Assembly (NCBI GenBank): GCA_016872515.1
Contig: VGZR01000002.1
Span: 1,136 to 65,135 of the forward strand
DNA length: 64,000 nucleotides
From: SAR202 cluster bacterium
GTDB taxonomy: Bacteria; Chloroflexota; Dehalococcoidia; Lucifugimonadales; VGZR01
Direction: 5' to 3'
Position numbers and translations under genes: made by a program. Of this stretch, positions 62,090-64,000 are shown one piece after another. How positions within the stretch are numbered: the first letter of the stretch is position 1; each line of letters starts with the position of its first letter. The notes beneath the pieces were generated by a model. That model ran no database searches, had not been told where the DNA came from, and worked only from the letters and a program-made list of their open reading frames with translations.

Positions 62090-63438
62090 CGTGTCTTCGG
62101 TCCACCCCCAGCCTGCTCATAAACTACCTGCCCGCCGTAGATGGTGGCCACGACCCGGCCCCGCAGCGTCGTGCCGTCCAGCGGTGTGTTCTTGCCTTTG
62201 GAGACGAACTGACGGGCATCCACCTTCCACTCGGCGTCGGGGTCGAAGACCACCACATCGCCCGCCGCGCCTTTGGCCAGGGTCCCAAGGTCATCGCGCT
62301 TCAAGAATCGCGCAGGCGCCGCCGTCATCGCCTCCACCAAGCGCAGCAACGGCATGCGGCCCGAGTGCGCCAGCGACAGCAGGGAGCCGAGCGCCGTCTC
62401 CAGGCCGCTGATACCGAACGCCGCCTCGGCGAACGTACACTGCTTGTCCACCGTGTTGTGCGGCGCGTGGTCGGTTGCTACCACGTCTATGGTGCCGTCG
62501 CGCAGCCCTTCCACCACCGCGTCCACGTCGGCCTGCGACCGCAGCGGCGGGTTCACCTTGGCGTAGGTGTTGTAGCCTTGCGGCGTCAGCGGGTCGAACC
62601 GGCCGCCGCCGTTCCGGCCCAGCGCGGCCTCCTCGGTCAGCGTCAGGTGGTGTGGCGTGGCTTCGCATGTCACCGGGACGCCCTGCTCTTTGGCGCGACG
62701 CACCAGCTCCACCGTGCCCGCGGTGCTCACGTGGGCCAGGTGGACTCTACCGCCCGTCAACGCGGCCAGGGAGATGTCCCGTGCCACCATCGCCTCCTCA
62801 GACGAGTTGGGGACGCCGCGCAGGCCCAGGCGCGTAGCGACCCATCCTTCGTTCATCACGCCGCCCTGGAACAGCTCGTCCACCTGGCAGTGGTTGATGA
62901 TGGGCAGTCGGAAGGCCGAGGAGTAGCTGAGGGCCTGCCGCATAAGGTTGGCGTCGTTCACCGGCCGTCCGTCGTCGGAGAATCCTATGACGCCAGCCTG
63001 GGCCAACTCTCCCATCTCCGCCAGTTCCTGGCCCATGCTGCCCTTGGTGACGCAGCCGATGGGTAGGACGCGCACCGTGCCCTCCTCGCGTGCCTTCCGC
63101 AGCACATACTCCACAGTGGCGGGGCTGTCTCCCAACGGCCTTGTGTTCGGCATGGCGCAGACCGTGGTGAATCCGCCCTTGGCCGCCGCGCGCGTGCCAG
63201 TGGCGATGGTCTCTTTGTCCTCATATCCCGGCTCGCGGAGGTGGCAGTGCAAGTCCACGAAACCAGGGCACACCACCAGGCCTTTCGCCTCGACGATCCG
63301 TGCGCCGTCCGGCATCGCGATGTTCCGCCGCACCGCTACCACGACGCCGTCCTTGAGCAGCGCATCAGCGACCGAGTCATGACTCCTGCTGGGGTCAATG
63401 ACCCGCCCGCCTTTGATGAGTATCGTTTGGGGCTTCAT
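62086..63438 (-). CDS. pyrC: dihydroorotase
   Basis: ILIKGGRVIDPS...PGFVDLHCHLREPG...KGGFTTV..MPNT and ATDHAPH, a canonical class I DHOase. Confidence 0.9.
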   Translation of the reverse strand: MKPQTILIKGGRVIDPSRSHDSVADALLKDGVVVAVRRNIAMPDGARIVEAKGLVVCPGFVDLHCHLREPGYEDKETIATGTRAAAKGGFTTVCAMPNTRPLGDSPATVEYVLRKAREEGTVRVLPIGCVTKGSMGQELAEMGELAQAGVIGFSDDGRPVNDANLMRQALSYSSAFRLPIINHCQVDELFQGGVMNEGWVATRLGLRGVPNSSEEAMVARDISLAALTGGRVHLAHVSTAGTVELVRRAKEQGVPVTCEATPHHLTLTEEAALGRNGGGRFDPLTPQGYNTYAKVNPPLRSQADVDAVVEGLRDGTIDVVATDHAPHNTVDKQCTFAEAAFGISGLETALGSLLSLAHSGRMPLLRLVEAMTAAPARFLKRDDLGTLAKGAAGDVVVFDPDAEWKVDARQFVSKGKNTPLDGTTLRGRVVATIYGGQVVYEQAGGGPKTR

Positions 63439-63857
63439 CAGGGAATGTGTTCAGGTACTAATGTTAGAATCGGCTCTACATGCCAATCAAGCGGAACTTT
63501 TTGTTTCATATCCCACCACATGAAGGCATCCACCTCTTTCCCATCTGCTGAGACATTACCGTCCGCAACAACCAAGAATGCCAGATGCCAGGCGGACCTA
63601 CTTCTGATGTTACCTACGTGTCTGACCTCAGTTGCGAGCAGACCAGTCTCCTCCCGTAACTCCCTTGCCACAGCCATGTCAGGGGACTCCTTTTCCCTAG
63701 GGGCCCCTCCAGGGAGTGAGAAACGCCTGCGCCCGCGGTGCCTCACCAAAAGTACTTGACTGCCTCGAAAAACCACTGCCGTAGCTCTGAGCCGAAGACT
63801 GTGCCCCCTCCCTTTCCGGTATCGCCTTCTTGGAGAGTGAGTTCGTTTAGCACTCAT
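63438..63857 (-). CDS. NUDIX hydrolase
   Basis: Nudix box LPGGAPREKESPDMAVARELREETGL. The start is uncertain: ATG 63857 is chosen, the raw ORF starts at 63935, and the frame stays open to the window edge. The stop overlaps the pyrC ATG (TGATG). Confidence 0.6.
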   Translation of the reverse strand: MSAKRTHSPRRRYRKGRGHSLRLRATAVVFRGSQVLLVRHRGRRRFSLPGGAPREKESPDMAVARELREETGLLATEVRHVGNIRSRSAWHLAFLVVADGNVSADGKEVDAFMWWDMKQKVPLDWHVEPILTLVPEHIP

Positions 63858-64000
63858 CTCTTGATCCCGATACCATAGCCCGACTGGGGGTTCCCGTCCT
63901 GGAGGAATGACTATCTCTGCATCTCGAGGGGACATGAAGACGCGATTGCACCTCCTGCACCTCCATCTGGCAAGCAGATGAAACCCTCGCCTATGTCGAA

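Overview
This is a high-GC, gene-dense bacterial chromosomal segment. GC was judged by eye, not computed. I support about 60 features and found no rRNA, CRISPR array, transposase, integrase or reverse transcriptase.

**Housekeeping content**
- An RNB-family exoribonuclease, RNase J and FtsK.
- A minus-strand ilvB-ilvN-ilvC / leuA-leuC-leuD block, preceded by a clearly readable Leu-specific (CUC) T-box leader with promoter and intrinsic terminator.
- ppsA, a class IV aminotransferase, and a pyrC-carA...carB pyrimidine block.
- trkH/trkA and two tRNA-Pro genes (TGG on the minus strand, CGG on the plus strand).

**Accessory content**
- Many C-N bond hydrolases and flavin enzymes: three D-aminoacylase-family amidohydrolases (two are close paralogs), two amidase-signature enzymes (one with a truncated GatC-like partner, reminiscent of AtzE/AtzG), an amidohydrolase-2 protein, a nitrilase, a fused HyuA/HyuB hydantoinase-oxoprolinase, an S9 peptidase and three LLM-class oxidoreductases.
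- A 1126-aa secreted S8 subtilase fused to FN3, PT linkers, seven FG-GAP-like repeats and a C-terminal anchor.
- Toxin-antitoxin genes: hicB-hicA, a vapB-vapC pair inserted between carA and carB, and an orphan HicB-like gene.

**Other observations**
- Four genes are split by single-base indels in short G/C homopolymers: comF, an MBL hydrolase and two methyltransferase-like genes. One of these also carries an in-frame TAG.
- Two short low-GC islets lie at about 28.5-29.8 kb and 54.6-55.9 kb.
- A perfect 29-bp inverted repeat, and an AT-rich nested palindrome in the ilvC-leuA spacer.

**Novelty and limits**
- I see no clear-cut new multi-gene system. The best candidates for follow-up are:
  - the uncharacterised 110-codon ORF translationally coupled between pyrC and carA;
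  - the TA/GDPD interruption of carAB;
  - the tRNA-Pro-to-hicBA block of C-N hydrolases;
  - the S8-FG-GAP surface protein.
- The lineage guess (Chloroflexota-like, from a T-box on ilv-leu plus high GC and LLM/amidohydrolase expansion) is inference only.
- All calls come from reading the translations and the DNA. No searches or computations were run.
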